In this document: positions 38,306 through 47,173 of the stretch, piece by piece
Layout: every line of letters starts with the position of its first letter
Numbering within the stretch: the first letter of the stretch is position 1
NCBI GenBank assembly: GCA_026397175.1
Contig: JAPLVK010000021.1
Coordinates: forward strand, 56,989-120,988
Direction: 5' to 3'
DNA: 64,000 nt
Source of the DNA: Candidatus Berkelbacteria bacterium
GTDB taxonomy: Bacteria > Patescibacteriota > UBA1384 > DTJR01
Notes under the pieces: generated by a model
What the model was told of the DNA's origin: nothing
The model's database searches: none
What the model saw: only the letters and a program-made list of their open reading frames with translations
Position numbers and translations under genes: made by a program

Positions 38306-40825
38306 ATGAGAAAAGAAGTTAACGCAGTTACTATCGGAATTTTATCTATTTTAATTGTGGGGGGGATGGCCTCTCTTGCTTTGAAGTATAAAATCTTTGC
38401 CGATTCGGAAACGATGGGGCTTAATCCGAATATAAAATTAAGCCAGATCTCCACTTTCGTAAATCCGGATATCAAAAATGGCTCCGTTGATGCTAATGTT
38501 GGCGATAAAAAACCAATTGGCACTGTCGAAATAAATGTTCCGAGGAATGAATCGAAAAGCTTTTCGGTACTTTTGGAAAATCAATCTGCAAGTTCTATCA
38601 ATGATTTAACTTTAAAGAAAAGTGATTTAACTGGAGTTGGCGCGCAAAGTAGCTCAAAGATTTCGCAAAATTTAATTGATGATCGTGTCGTGCATAAGTG
38701 GACACAAAAAACAATTAATTGGTATACGGACAAGCCAAGCGATGACAATAATAATGTAAATGTTGATGAGCTTTTAGTTAAAAATGATAAAACAGATTTT
38801 TTCTCAACGAAAATTGGAACTTCGGTTAATAGCTTGTTAACAAGTGGTGGGTCTGTTCAGGGTTTTTTCTCTAGCCCAAACGGATCGGCAGAAAAAATTC
38901 AGACATCCGTTGCACAAGCTCAAAGCAAAAAATTCTTTTTTACACTGGAACCCTCCGCGGCTGATGCCGGACAATATCAGGCCCCAGTATCTTTTGTTGA
39001 CAAGGACAAAAACACAATCATCGCGCAGTTTAATTTAAAGGTTAATATTTTAGATATTGATTTGGTAAAGCCAAGTCAAGCCAAAACACCACTAAATTAT
39101 GGATGTTTCACCAATGATAGAATTTCTATCGGCAAAGACCCTTCTGCGAGAAGTGATACTTATATCAGTAAGGACCTTTTTGAAAAAAGGCTTAAAATCA
39201 TTAAAAATCAAGGTTGTGAATCGCTAATATTAAGATTTGGTCCTGATGCGGATAATTTAGCTGCGCTAGAGCTGATTTCAAATTATGGTTTTGCTGGTCC
39301 GGTTATTTTGAATTATTACTATCCTGATGATTCGATCAATAAATATAGACAAGACCCGATTGCATCAAGCGACTCCCAAGCTGCTTTTAAAAATATAGTT
39401 AATCAGATTCAAAATGACAAGAAAATATCCATACCAATTATGTTCTATGGATACGATGAACCGAACAGTGATACGGAATATCCGTTAGCAGTTACAAGAA
39501 CGAATAATATTATCAAAATTGTCAAAGAAGTTCTCGGAAGCAATCTTTCAAAAAGTAATGCAAAAGCTAATGTAACTATGGCTTCGCAACCGAAAATCGC
39601 CGATCAATTAACACAGGAAAATTTCGGTTTTAAGATGGATATGACAATCGAAGATTATTCGAAACCCGGTTTCTTAAAAAGAGTTGATAATTTTAATTCG
39701 GGGTCGCTCACTCCTCTGTCAGGCCAAAGCTATTATTTTCAAGGTTGGCAAGCGCTGCCTTTGACGGATCGTTATTTGGGAGGACTTGCACTAATAAAAT
39801 CAGGTTATCGCGGCGCTTTTATGAATGTAATTTACGGCTACCAAAATGCTAATGTTAGACCGATTTACGACGACAGTCAAATCACAACTTGGCAAGCGCA
39901 ATTTCTTACTTATTATCCTGCAAGTGACGGATTTATCCCAACCTTAGAATCCGAGGGTTTGCGTGAAGGGAATTTGGACTTAAAGTATTACCTGACTTAT
40001 TTGGATCGAAAAGAGAAAATTCAGTCCCAGTGCCCAGAAGTTGCTTCGCAATTTTCTTCACTTGAACAGTCAATTCAAAGCCAAATGAATAAATATACTA
40101 TAGACACGAATCAATATACGGTTCCTGCTAATTTGAGTCCGGCGGATTTTGATAAAACCAGATCTCTTCTTGAGCAATATGTGATCGATTTTAACTCAAG
40201 ATGTGTTACGAGAAAGGTAGATATTACCTCGGGATTTTCGGTCATAGGGGCTGACGGAAGCGCGCCCAGCCAAGCGGTTGTTCAAGGGGATATGACTGGC
40301 CTTGCATTTGAAGGAGACAAAGTTAATTTAAGTGGCAAAAAAGGTGATTGGACAAAAACATCAAGTGGACAATTTGAATTAAATCCGGGACAGGCCTATT
40401 ATCTTTTTGAACCGTTAAATTCGGGCGCGAAACAAGTCCAATTTAGCGTTGATCCGACCTCAACTCTTTCAAGACCACTGACTTTAGGGTGGAATTTACT
40501 CTGGTCACCATACAACACGGTTCTAGGCCAAATCAATACGGTTATTACGAATCCGTCAAAAACATGCAAAAAAATCGTTAATTTACAGGCCCTAACCACT
40601 CTCAAAGCTGCTTCAAATGGTGACTATGCTTCGAGATTGGTTTATGTTATTACAAACGACAAGGCGCAGTTGGCGAAAGATGCATTCAAAATTTTAGGTT
40701 ATTCAATTACGCAGTCAACATACCCATACATCGAAAAAATTCCCGCCAATACAGCATTTTGGTATTATATTTTTCAAACTCCAAATGCCGACGACGCTGC
40801 TTTTAACAATATTACTTGTCAATAG
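38306..40825 (+). CDS. Large secreted glycoside-hydrolase-like protein plus shared C-terminal domain
   Basis: TM then IFA|D; YGYDEP and EGLREG..D motifs; PGQAYYL..GWNLLW..FWYY at the C-terminus. Confidence 0.65.
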   Translation: MRKEVNAVTIGILSILIVGGMASLALKYKIFADSETMGLNPNIKLSQISTFVNPDIKNGSVDANVGDKKPIGTVEINVPRNESKSFSVLLENQSASSINDLTLKKSDLTGVGAQSSSKISQNLIDDRVVHKWTQKTINWYTDKPSDDNNNVNVDELLVKNDKTDFFSTKIGTSVNSLLTSGGSVQGFFSSPNGSAEKIQTSVAQAQSKKFFFTLEPSAADAGQYQAPVSFVDKDKNTIIAQFNLKVNILDIDLVKPSQAKTPLNYGCFTNDRISIGKDPSARSDTYISKDLFEKRLKIIKNQGCESLILRFGPDADNLAALELISNYGFAGPVILNYYYPDDSINKYRQDPIASSDSQAAFKNIVNQIQNDKKISIPIMFYGYDEPNSDTEYPLAVTRTNNIIKIVKEVLGSNLSKSNAKANVTMASQPKIADQLTQENFGFKMDMTIEDYSKPGFLKRVDNFNSGSLTPLSGQSYYFQGWQALPLTDRYLGGLALIKSGYRGAFMNVIYGYQNANVRPIYDDSQITTWQAQFLTYYPASDGFIPTLESEGLREGNLDLKYYLTYLDRKEKIQSQCPEVASQFSSLEQSIQSQMNKYTIDTNQYTVPANLSPADFDKTRSLLEQYVIDFNSRCVTRKVDITSGFSVIGADGSAPSQAVVQGDMTGLAFEGDKVNLSGKKGDWTKTSSGQFELNPGQAYYLFEPLNSGAKQVQFSVDPTSTLSRPLTLGWNLLWSPYNTVLGQINTVITNPSKTCKKIVNLQALTTLKAASNGDYASRLVYVITNDKAQLAKDAFKILGYSITQSTYPYIEKIPANTAFWYYIFQTPNADDAAFNNITCQ

Positions 40826-41738
40826 AAAAAATCGCATAGCGGTCATATCCGCCGAGATCTTTTAGAACCTTGGTTTTAAGGTTCTTTTTAGTTGCCATTT
40901 TTATAATGGAATTTTTTTGTTTATACCCGATTTCCAGGATTGCTTGGCCATTTTTAGATAATTTTTCCGGTAAATTTTCGATTAATTTAGCAATAAGTTC
41001 AAGGCCATCCTTGCCACCATTTAGAGCCAATGCCGGCTCGAAGGGTAGTTTTTTTGTTTCTTCTGGTGATAAATATGGAAGATTGGCAATAATTAGGTCA
41101 AATTTTTTTGGTAATTTTGGATTTGAAAAAAGATCGGACTTCAGGAACTTTATTTTGTTTTCTACATTGTGAAATCGAGCATTTTGCTTAGCAATTTGCA
41201 GCGCCTTTGGTGAGATGTCAGATGCAAAGGGTTGAATTACGAATTTAGAATTATGAATGATAGGATTGCCAGAGCAATCCTTTATAATTGAAATTATTAT
41301 ATTTCCTGATCCAGTTCCGATATCCAGAATGTTAAATCCTGTATTTATTCGTAATTCACCCGCCTGCATTCGCTGGCGCGAAGCAGCTGCGGGCAGGTAA
41401 TTCGTAATTCTAGATTCTATAAATCTTGTAGCAATTTCTATGATTTTTTCCGTTTCCGGGCGGGGGATTAAGACCGAATCATTGGCTGTAAATTCACGAT
41501 CGTGAAATGAGCACTTTCCTAGCACATATTGGATTGGAATGCCCGACAGAACTTCTTTCTCAATTTGCTTGAATTTCTTTAAATTATCTGCAGATAATTT
41601 AATTTTATCTTTGTCTAAAAACAATTTTTCGGGTGTAATTTTTAATAAATCACAAATCAATTTTTCTGTGATATTGCTCGGGAGATGAGAGTCATTAATT
41701 AGTCGAGAGATATTCTTCAAGCTTGTTCTTTCTGTCAA
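40812..41738 (-). CDS. prmC: Release factor glutamine methyltransferase
   Basis: VLIPRPETE, LDIGTGSG, NLPY; adjacent to prfA. Confidence 0.93.
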   Translation of the reverse strand: MTERTSLKNISRLINDSHLPSNITEKLICDLLKITPEKLFLDKDKIKLSADNLKKFKQIEKEVLSGIPIQYVLGKCSFHDREFTANDSVLIPRPETEKIIEIATRFIESRITNYLPAAASRQRMQAGELRINTGFNILDIGTGSGNIIISIIKDCSGNPIIHNSKFVIQPFASDISPKALQIAKQNARFHNVENKIKFLKSDLFSNPKLPKKFDLIIANLPYLSPEETKKLPFEPALALNGGKDGLELIAKLIENLPEKLSKNGQAILEIGYKQKNSIIKMATKKNLKTKVLKDLGGYDRYAIFSIDK

Positions 41739-42585
41739 TATCTTGTAACTCGCTGATGACCGGATCTAAATTTCCATCCAGTATCTTTTGCATATTATTC
41801 CAAGACCTTGGAATGCGGTGGTCGGTTATTCTGTCTTGCGGATAATTATAAGTTCGTATTTTTTCACTTCGATCTCCGGTTTTAACCATCGAAAGCCGTT
41901 TCTCACTATTTTCTTTTAATTTTTCATCCTGATCTGCTTGCCAAATTTTAGCTCGCAAAATCCCCATTGCTTTTTCTTTGTTTTTTAACTGCGATCTTTC
42001 GTCCTGGCAGGTTACGACAATATTGGTAGGCAGATGAGTGATTCGAACGGCCGAATCGGTTGTATTAACGGACTGGCCGCCATGTCCTCCGGCGCGATAA
42101 ACATCAATTTTTAAGTCCTCACTTTTAATCTCAACCAATTTTCCTTCAATTTCGGGCAAAACAACGACGGTTGCCGCGGAGGTGTGAATTCGTCCTTGTT
42201 TTTCTGTTTTCGGGACTCGTTGTACTCGATGAACTCCCGCCTCATATTTCATTGATCCGTACACATTTTGGCCCGAAATTGTGGCTAAAAATTCTTTAAG
42301 TCCGCCGATATTATTATCTTTTTTGTCGTTAATAGCTATTTTCCAACCATTTTTCTCGGCAAATTTTAAATACATTCGCGCAAGCTCTGCTGCAAATAAT
42401 TCTGCTTCTTCCCCACCGGTTCCGGCTCTAATCTCTAAAATTGCGTTTTTTGCATCTCCCTCTTCCGGTTTAACAATTTCTCCTTCCAGTTTTTTTATTT
42501 CATCGCGAATTAACTCGGAAAATTCCGGGTCGCTTGATTGCTTGAGCATTTCGATGTTTTTTTTGAGTTCTTCTATTTTATCCAT
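41695..42585 (-). CDS. prfA: Peptide chain release factor 1 (short N-terminal domain)
   Basis: GVHRVQRVPKTE (PxT), GGQ. Confidence 0.93.
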   Translation of the reverse strand: MDKIEELKKNIEMLKQSSDPEFSELIRDEIKKLEGEIVKPEEGDAKNAILEIRAGTGGEEAELFAAELARMYLKFAEKNGWKIAINDKKDNNIGGLKEFLATISGQNVYGSMKYEAGVHRVQRVPKTEKQGRIHTSAATVVVLPEIEGKLVEIKSEDLKIDVYRAGGHGGQSVNTTDSAVRITHLPTNIVVTCQDERSQLKNKEKAMGILRAKIWQADQDEKLKENSEKRLSMVKTGDRSEKIRTYNYPQDRITDHRIPRSWNNMQKILDGNLDPVISELQDIDRKNKLEEYLSTN

Positions 42586-42655
42586 TGCATTTATCTTAAC
42601 AAAAAATTATGAATTGATTCAATTTTAATTCATAAATAGTTTAATGAGTTGCGAA

Positions 42656-42946
42656 TTATTTCTTAGTATCTTGATCTGTTTTTGCTTCGTCTTTTGACTT
42701 CTTCTGGCTTTCTTGTTGCAGCTTGACATCTTGTTTTAGGGACTCTGACTTTTTAAGCCGAGCCATAAAACGGTCAACTCTTCCTGCGGTGTCAACCAGT
42801 TTTTTGTTGCCGGTATATAACGGGTGGCAATTTGAACAAATCTCAACTTGGATATTGTCGTTGGTTGAGCCAATTTCAAATTCAGCGCCACACGAGCACT
42901 TTACTTTCGCATTGTTGTAATATTTGGGATGGATATTTTGTTTCAT
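42656..42946 (-). CDS. rpmE: 50S ribosomal protein L31
   Basis: MKQNIHPKY..CSCG..CSNCHPLYTG..GRVDRF. Confidence 0.95.
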   Translation of the reverse strand: MKQNIHPKYYNNAKVKCSCGAEFEIGSTNDNIQVEICSNCHPLYTGNKKLVDTAGRVDRFMARLKKSESLKQDVKLQQESQKKSKDEAKTDQDTKK

Positions 42947-43032
42947 TATTTTTCCTTTTATCTGACGAAATGATGGTACCATATCTTAATTTGTTTTTCA
43001 AGAATTCATTGCGTAATTTGGGTGTAAACAGA

Positions 43033-43061
43033 TTGACAGCCATGTAATAATCTGCTATCAT
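43033..43061 (+). promoter_or_regulatory. sigma70 promoter of the DGR target gene
   Basis: TTGACA-17-(TG)TATCAT. Confidence 0.7.
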
Positions 43062-43246
43062 TTTGTTCTAAGAACCTTGAAAATTATTCTTGAAGCCCCA
43101 GTGGTTATCTTTTTCTTGTCATTGCGAAGAGCTCCGCCAGCCGGCGGAGCGATGTGGCAATCTAAGATGGTCAGCGGGGCTTCAAGAATCCTGAACCCAC
43201 CACCTTGAAAGAAGGAGTGGGCAGGCAATAAAAGGAGGTGCTGACC

Positions 43247-43880
43247 GTGGGTGACACCACGCTCGGCGAAGCGCTCCGGCAGATAGCTGGACCGCTGAAA
43301 GATCTGCACGAGAAGCTGTCTGGTGAGGAAGGGCTTGTGTGGCTGGAGAAGCTGAAGAAGTTTCTTCGCAAGGAGAACCCCTGGGCCGAGGTGCAGAAGG
43401 TGGTTGTGGCTTTGCTCAAGTTCGTCAAGACGGTCGAGCTGCCGGCGGTCGGGGCATTCAAGCCCGAAGATCACTTCAAGGTCACTCCCGAGCGGGAACG
43501 CAAGACCGCCAAGGTGGTCATCGGCTATGTCAGCGATAATGTCAAGGCGCTCATCAAGGGCAGGTTGGAGCCGGAAGAGGCACAGGCCACTATCCGTATT
43601 CACGAACTCTGCCAGGCGTCCGTAGACGACCCGATTCTGGCCGAGCTAGGTGAGAATGTCAAGACGGGGCTCAATCGGATGTTCCAGATAATAGAGGAGC
43701 AAGGCCGTGGCCAAGAGGGCGACCTTCTGGTTGACGGCCGTGCCAACATCTTCTACATCGAGGGTACCGATTGGGCGGTCCTCTGCGACTGGCGCGCCGG
43801 CCCGCGGCTGGAACCTCTACGCCAGTCCGGTCTCTTCTCCGCGCAGTTGGAGCGCTGTCTACCGGGTCTTCTCCCGCTGA
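43247..43880 (+). CDS. DGR target protein; intended stop TGA 43878-80, but frameshifted in the VR so it reads to 43996 as given
   Basis: AAGGAGGTG RBS before GTG 43247; 3' end is the VR; no signal peptide seen. Confidence 0.85.
43771..43877 (+). repeat. DGR variable repeat (VR), 107 nt
   Basis: Aligns to TR with 20 substitutions and a 1-nt insertion, all at TR A positions. Confidence 0.95.
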
Positions 43881-43894
43881 TTCTCTGGTATTTT

Positions 43895-43980
43895 GGGGCT
43901 TTGTGCCCCCTGTATCCGAGCCCCCCTTGTCCCTGTGACCCTTTGAAATCCCGCCTTTGGCGGGAAAGTAGAAGGGTCAC
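43895..43980. promoter_or_regulatory. Post-VR hairpins (candidate retrohoming recognition structure)
   Basis: GGGGC-5-GCCCC; TCCCGCC-TTT-GGCGGGA nested inside GTGACCCTT/AAGGGTCAC. Confidence 0.65.
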
Positions 43981-44244
43981 TTTTCTGTTAAAATAAAAAT
44001 GAAGTTTGTGAAAGGCAACGGCTAGCCTTCGACCTTGCTCGGGCCAGGCGGCTTTTGCCCACAACTTTAGATTTTTGTTACAGAGAGTTGCTTTGGGTAC
44101 GCCTTGAGCGAGAATGGTTGCAAAAATCTCAAAAAATGAAGAGAATCGGTGCTTCCCATCAAGAGATTTTAGATCTCAATTAATATTCAGCGGAGCGATG
44201 TTGTATTTTGCCCGCAGTGATTATGAACGGCGGGTGGCACAAAC

Positions 44245-44350
44245 TTGGGCGGTCAACTGCAACTGGAACGCCGACAACGGCTGGAACCTCAACGCCAATC
44301 CGATCTCTAATCCGAACAGTTGGAACGCTGACAACCAGGTCTTCTCCCAC
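44245..44350 (+). repeat. DGR template repeat (TR), 106 nt
   Basis: AAC/AAT-rich copy of the VR with 28 adenines. Confidence 0.95.
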
Positions 44351-44353
44351 GAC

Positions 44354-44749
44354 TCACTTCTTTTCTTCCGCTTCGGCGGAAGTTTTTGAAATGATTTTCT
44401 TTCTCCAACCACCAGTCATTCTCCCGATATTTTCTATTTCTTTGCCGATCTGGACAAATTGATTATTTGGAATAAGCTTTAGTTCCCAACAGTATTGAAT
44501 AAAAAAACGCAAAGAATCAATATATGACAAAGCGTCTTCGAGCAAGTGCACTTTTTTATTCAGAGGCGAGAATGAAGTTTTTTGAGCAATATCTAAAAGA
44601 TCAATAAAAAGAGAATCAATTTTGTGTCCCAAACCAAAGCGTTCACACTTTGGCATATTGCGCTGAATTTGAATCCAGCTTTTATAAGCATTTTTGATAT
44701 GTTCAATGATAGGTAAAGTGGGGTTATCGTGAAAAGAATTATTAGTCAT
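44354..44749 (-). CDS. avd: DGR accessory variability determinant (four-helix bundle)
   Basis: MPKCERFGLGHKI..IDSLRFFI..IENIGRMTGGWRK; lies between TR and RT. Confidence 0.85.
   Translation of the reverse strand: MTNNSFHDNPTLPIIEHIKNAYKSWIQIQRNMPKCERFGLGHKIDSLFIDLLDIAQKTSFSPLNKKVHLLEDALSYIDSLRFFIQYCWELKLIPNNQFVQIGKEIENIGRMTGGWRKKIISKTSAEAEEKK
44365..44387 (+). terminator. UUCG hairpin plus U5 just 3' of the TR
   Basis: CTTCCGC-TTCG-GCGGAAG-TTTTT. Confidence 0.55.
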
Positions 44750-45751
44750 AAATTTGAAGAAATAATCTCAATTAATAATTTGTTTTTAGCATGGCAGGAA
44801 TTTGCTGAAAATAAAAGGAAACGAGCTGATGTACGGGCGTTTTCGCATAATTTGATGGGTAATGTTCTTGCTCTCCATCAGGATCTTAGCAATTTTAGAT
44901 ATCATCATGCAGATTACGAGGAATTTTATATTACCGATCCGAAGCCAAGAGTTATTCACAAAGCAACAGTGCGGGATCGTCTGCTGCATCGTGCGATTTA
45001 TCGGGTTCTCTATCCACTATTTAATTCAACATTTGTCTTTGATAGTTATTCCTGCCGGAAGGAAAAAGGAACGCACAAAGCGTTTAAACGGCTGGTTAAA
45101 ATTGCGAGACAGCAAAGTAAAAATTACTCTGGTTCTTGTTGGGCGTTAAAGTGCGATGTAAAAAAGTTTTTTCATAGCATTGACCATCAGGTTTTGGTTA
45201 ATCTCTTGTCGCAAAGAACTTCCGATGAGCGGCTAATTAATTTACTCAAAGAAATTATTGAAAGTTTTGCGGTTTGCGGGCGGAACGCAAACCTAAACAA
45301 TAAAAAAGGAATACCCCTCGGAAATTTGACTTCACAATTATTTGCCAATATTTACATGGACCCGCTTGATAAATTTGTCAAACACAAACTTAAAGCCAAA
45401 TATTATCTGCGATACGCTGACGATTTTATGATCTTAGCCAAAAATTCTGAAGTTTTACGAGATTATTTACAAGAAATTGATCATTTCTTAACCAATCATC
45501 TTAAACTTTCGCTTCATCCCGACAAAATCACTTTTCGCAAACTGAACTGGGGCTTGGATTTTGTCGGCTATGTTACATATCCAAAATTCAATTTGCCGAG
45601 ACCGAAAACTGTCGAAAGAATGTTTAGAAATCTTGAAGAAATAAAGAGAAATAGACCCGAGAAATTAAATAAAAGTTTGCAGTCATATCTTGGTTATCTT
45701 GAACATGTAGATGCCAAAGCAATTTCTGATTATTTGAAATTGCTTTATTAA
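44729..45751 (+). CDS. DGR reverse transcriptase
   Basis: RDRLLH, KCDVKKFF, GIPLGNLTSQLFAN (DGR-type SQ), YLRYADDF, LDFVGY; no maturase or endonuclease extension. Confidence 0.95.
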   Translation: MKRIISHKFEEIISINNLFLAWQEFAENKRKRADVRAFSHNLMGNVLALHQDLSNFRYHHADYEEFYITDPKPRVIHKATVRDRLLHRAIYRVLYPLFNSTFVFDSYSCRKEKGTHKAFKRLVKIARQQSKNYSGSCWALKCDVKKFFHSIDHQVLVNLLSQRTSDERLINLLKEIIESFAVCGRNANLNNKKGIPLGNLTSQLFANIYMDPLDKFVKHKLKAKYYLRYADDFMILAKNSEVLRDYLQEIDHFLTNHLKLSLHPDKITFRKLNWGLDFVGYVTYPKFNLPRPKTVERMFRNLEEIKRNRPEKLNKSLQSYLGYLEHVDAKAISDYLKLLY

Positions 45752-45862
45752 ATATGTTCATTGAACGAGACCTCTTGATATTTTTTTCACTTTAGGGTTT
45801 AATTCAGTTATAGAAAGTTGATTTATTTCAAATTTTCTCCTATAATCAAGAGAGGATTTTTT

Positions 45863-46708
45863 ATGTCAGTAAAAATACCAGAAGTCAAAGAGTTATTTAA
45901 GGCCGGTGTTTATTTTGGACACCAAAGATCAAGAACCGACGCAAGAAGTTCGGAGTATATTTATGGTTTTCAAAATAAAATTGCGGTAATTGATTTAGAA
46001 AAAACCCGCGAGCTTTTAGTGGGCGCATTTAGTTTTCTCGAGGGAAAAGCTCAAAACGGTGCTATGATTTTGTTTGTCGGCACAAAACTTCAGGCCAAAG
46101 ATAAAGTCAAAGAAGTTGCCGAAAAATTAGGGATGCCTTATGTAGTCGAAAGATGGCCCGGTGGACTTCTGACAAATTATGAAATTGTGACAAAAAGTAT
46201 CAAAAAAATGCTTAAAACCGAAGCGGATATCGCCGAAAATAAATATGAATATTTGACTAAAAAAGAACGGCTCAAAATCGAGAAAGACCTCAACAAGCAG
46301 CATTTGACATTTGGGGGATTAAGAAAATTAGATCGATTGCCGGATGTTGTTTTTATCGTTGATGCGAGCCAAGAAAATAGCGCGATCAGAGAAGCGAAAC
46401 GCAAAGATATTCCGCTGGTTGCAATTTGCGACACGAACGCCAATCCGCGCGAAATCGATTATCCAATTTTGGCTAACGATGATTCAAGAAATTCGATTGA
46501 TTTGATTATGGGATTGGTTGAGCAAACCATTAGAGAAAATTATAAAGCGAAAGTTCAAGCGAATGATGCAAATACAAAAGAACGATTAGAAAAAAATCTT
46601 AACAAGCCCGAAGAAAAAAAAGAAGAGAAGAAAATGCCTCAATCTGTTAAGGAAACGAAAAAACCAGAAGCGAAAAAAGCAAAAAAGGAAAAAGATGGAA
46701 AAAATTAA
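45863..46708 (+). CDS. rpsB: 30S ribosomal protein S2
   Basis: AGVYFGHQ, FVGTK, RWPGGLLTN, DTNANP, ANDD. Confidence 0.96.
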   Translation: MSVKIPEVKELFKAGVYFGHQRSRTDARSSEYIYGFQNKIAVIDLEKTRELLVGAFSFLEGKAQNGAMILFVGTKLQAKDKVKEVAEKLGMPYVVERWPGGLLTNYEIVTKSIKKMLKTEADIAENKYEYLTKKERLKIEKDLNKQHLTFGGLRKLDRLPDVVFIVDASQENSAIREAKRKDIPLVAICDTNANPREIDYPILANDDSRNSIDLIMGLVEQTIRENYKAKVQANDANTKERLEKNLNKPEEKKEEKKMPQSVKETKKPEAKKAKKEKDGKN

Positions 46709-47153
46709 AGTACTTAGAGAAAAAACCGGTGCCGGAGTGATGGATGTTAAGCGAGCACTCGATGAAGCAAAAGGGGACGAAAAGAAAGCCGAAGAAATTT
46801 TGAAGGCAAGAGGTCTTGAAATTGCCGACAAAAAGTCGCAGCGAGAAACCGCCAATGGCTTAATTGACAGTTACATTCATCTTGGTAAAATCGGTGTCTT
46901 GGTTGAAGTAAGTTGCGAAACGGACTTTGTTGCCAGAAACGATGAATTTAAAAAGTTTGTCCACGAAATTGCTCTTCAGGTTGCACAATCGCAAGCGAAA
47001 AATGTAGATGAATTGTTAAAAGAAGAGTTGTTCAAGGAGCCGGGAAAAACAGTTGAAAATATGCTGAAAGAAACAATCGGCAAAATCGGTGAAAACATTA
47101 AAATCAAACGATTTGTTAAATTTGTTTTAAGCGAATCTACGATCGTGTGTTAA
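46695..47153 (+). CDS. tsf: Elongation factor Ts (short form)
   Basis: LREKTGAGVMD, CETDFVARN, GENIKIKRF. Confidence 0.95.
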   Translation: MEKIKVLREKTGAGVMDVKRALDEAKGDEKKAEEILKARGLEIADKKSQRETANGLIDSYIHLGKIGVLVEVSCETDFVARNDEFKKFVHEIALQVAQSQAKNVDELLKEELFKEPGKTVENMLKETIGKIGENIKIKRFVKFVLSESTIVC

Positions 47154-47173
47154 CTTAAATCGGGAGGGTTGTT

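Larger units (their letters stand above)
43033..45751 (+). mobile_element. Diversity-generating retroelement: target(VR)-hairpins-TR-avd(inverted)-RT
   Basis: VR/TR pair differing only at TR adenines, plus Avd-like and DGR-type RT genes. Confidence 0.95.

Noticed and set aside
43058-43603. 181-aa minus-strand ORF
   Set aside because: Shadow of the GC-rich DGR target; promoter, RBS and VR polarity all support the plus strand.
44114-44462. ORFs 44114..44389 and 44208..44462
   Set aside because: They are read-throughs of the DGR template repeat (Asn-rich copy of the VR) and the avd antisense strand, not plausible genes.
44729-45751. RT as a group II intron maturase or retron
   Set aside because: It is short, has the SQ motif, is flanked by TR/VR and avd, and has no adjacent intron RNA or retron VTG motif.
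41695-47153. Short prfA and tsf as pseudogenes
   Set aside because: Catalytic motifs are intact and the frames are uninterrupted; compact forms are plausible in reduced genomes.
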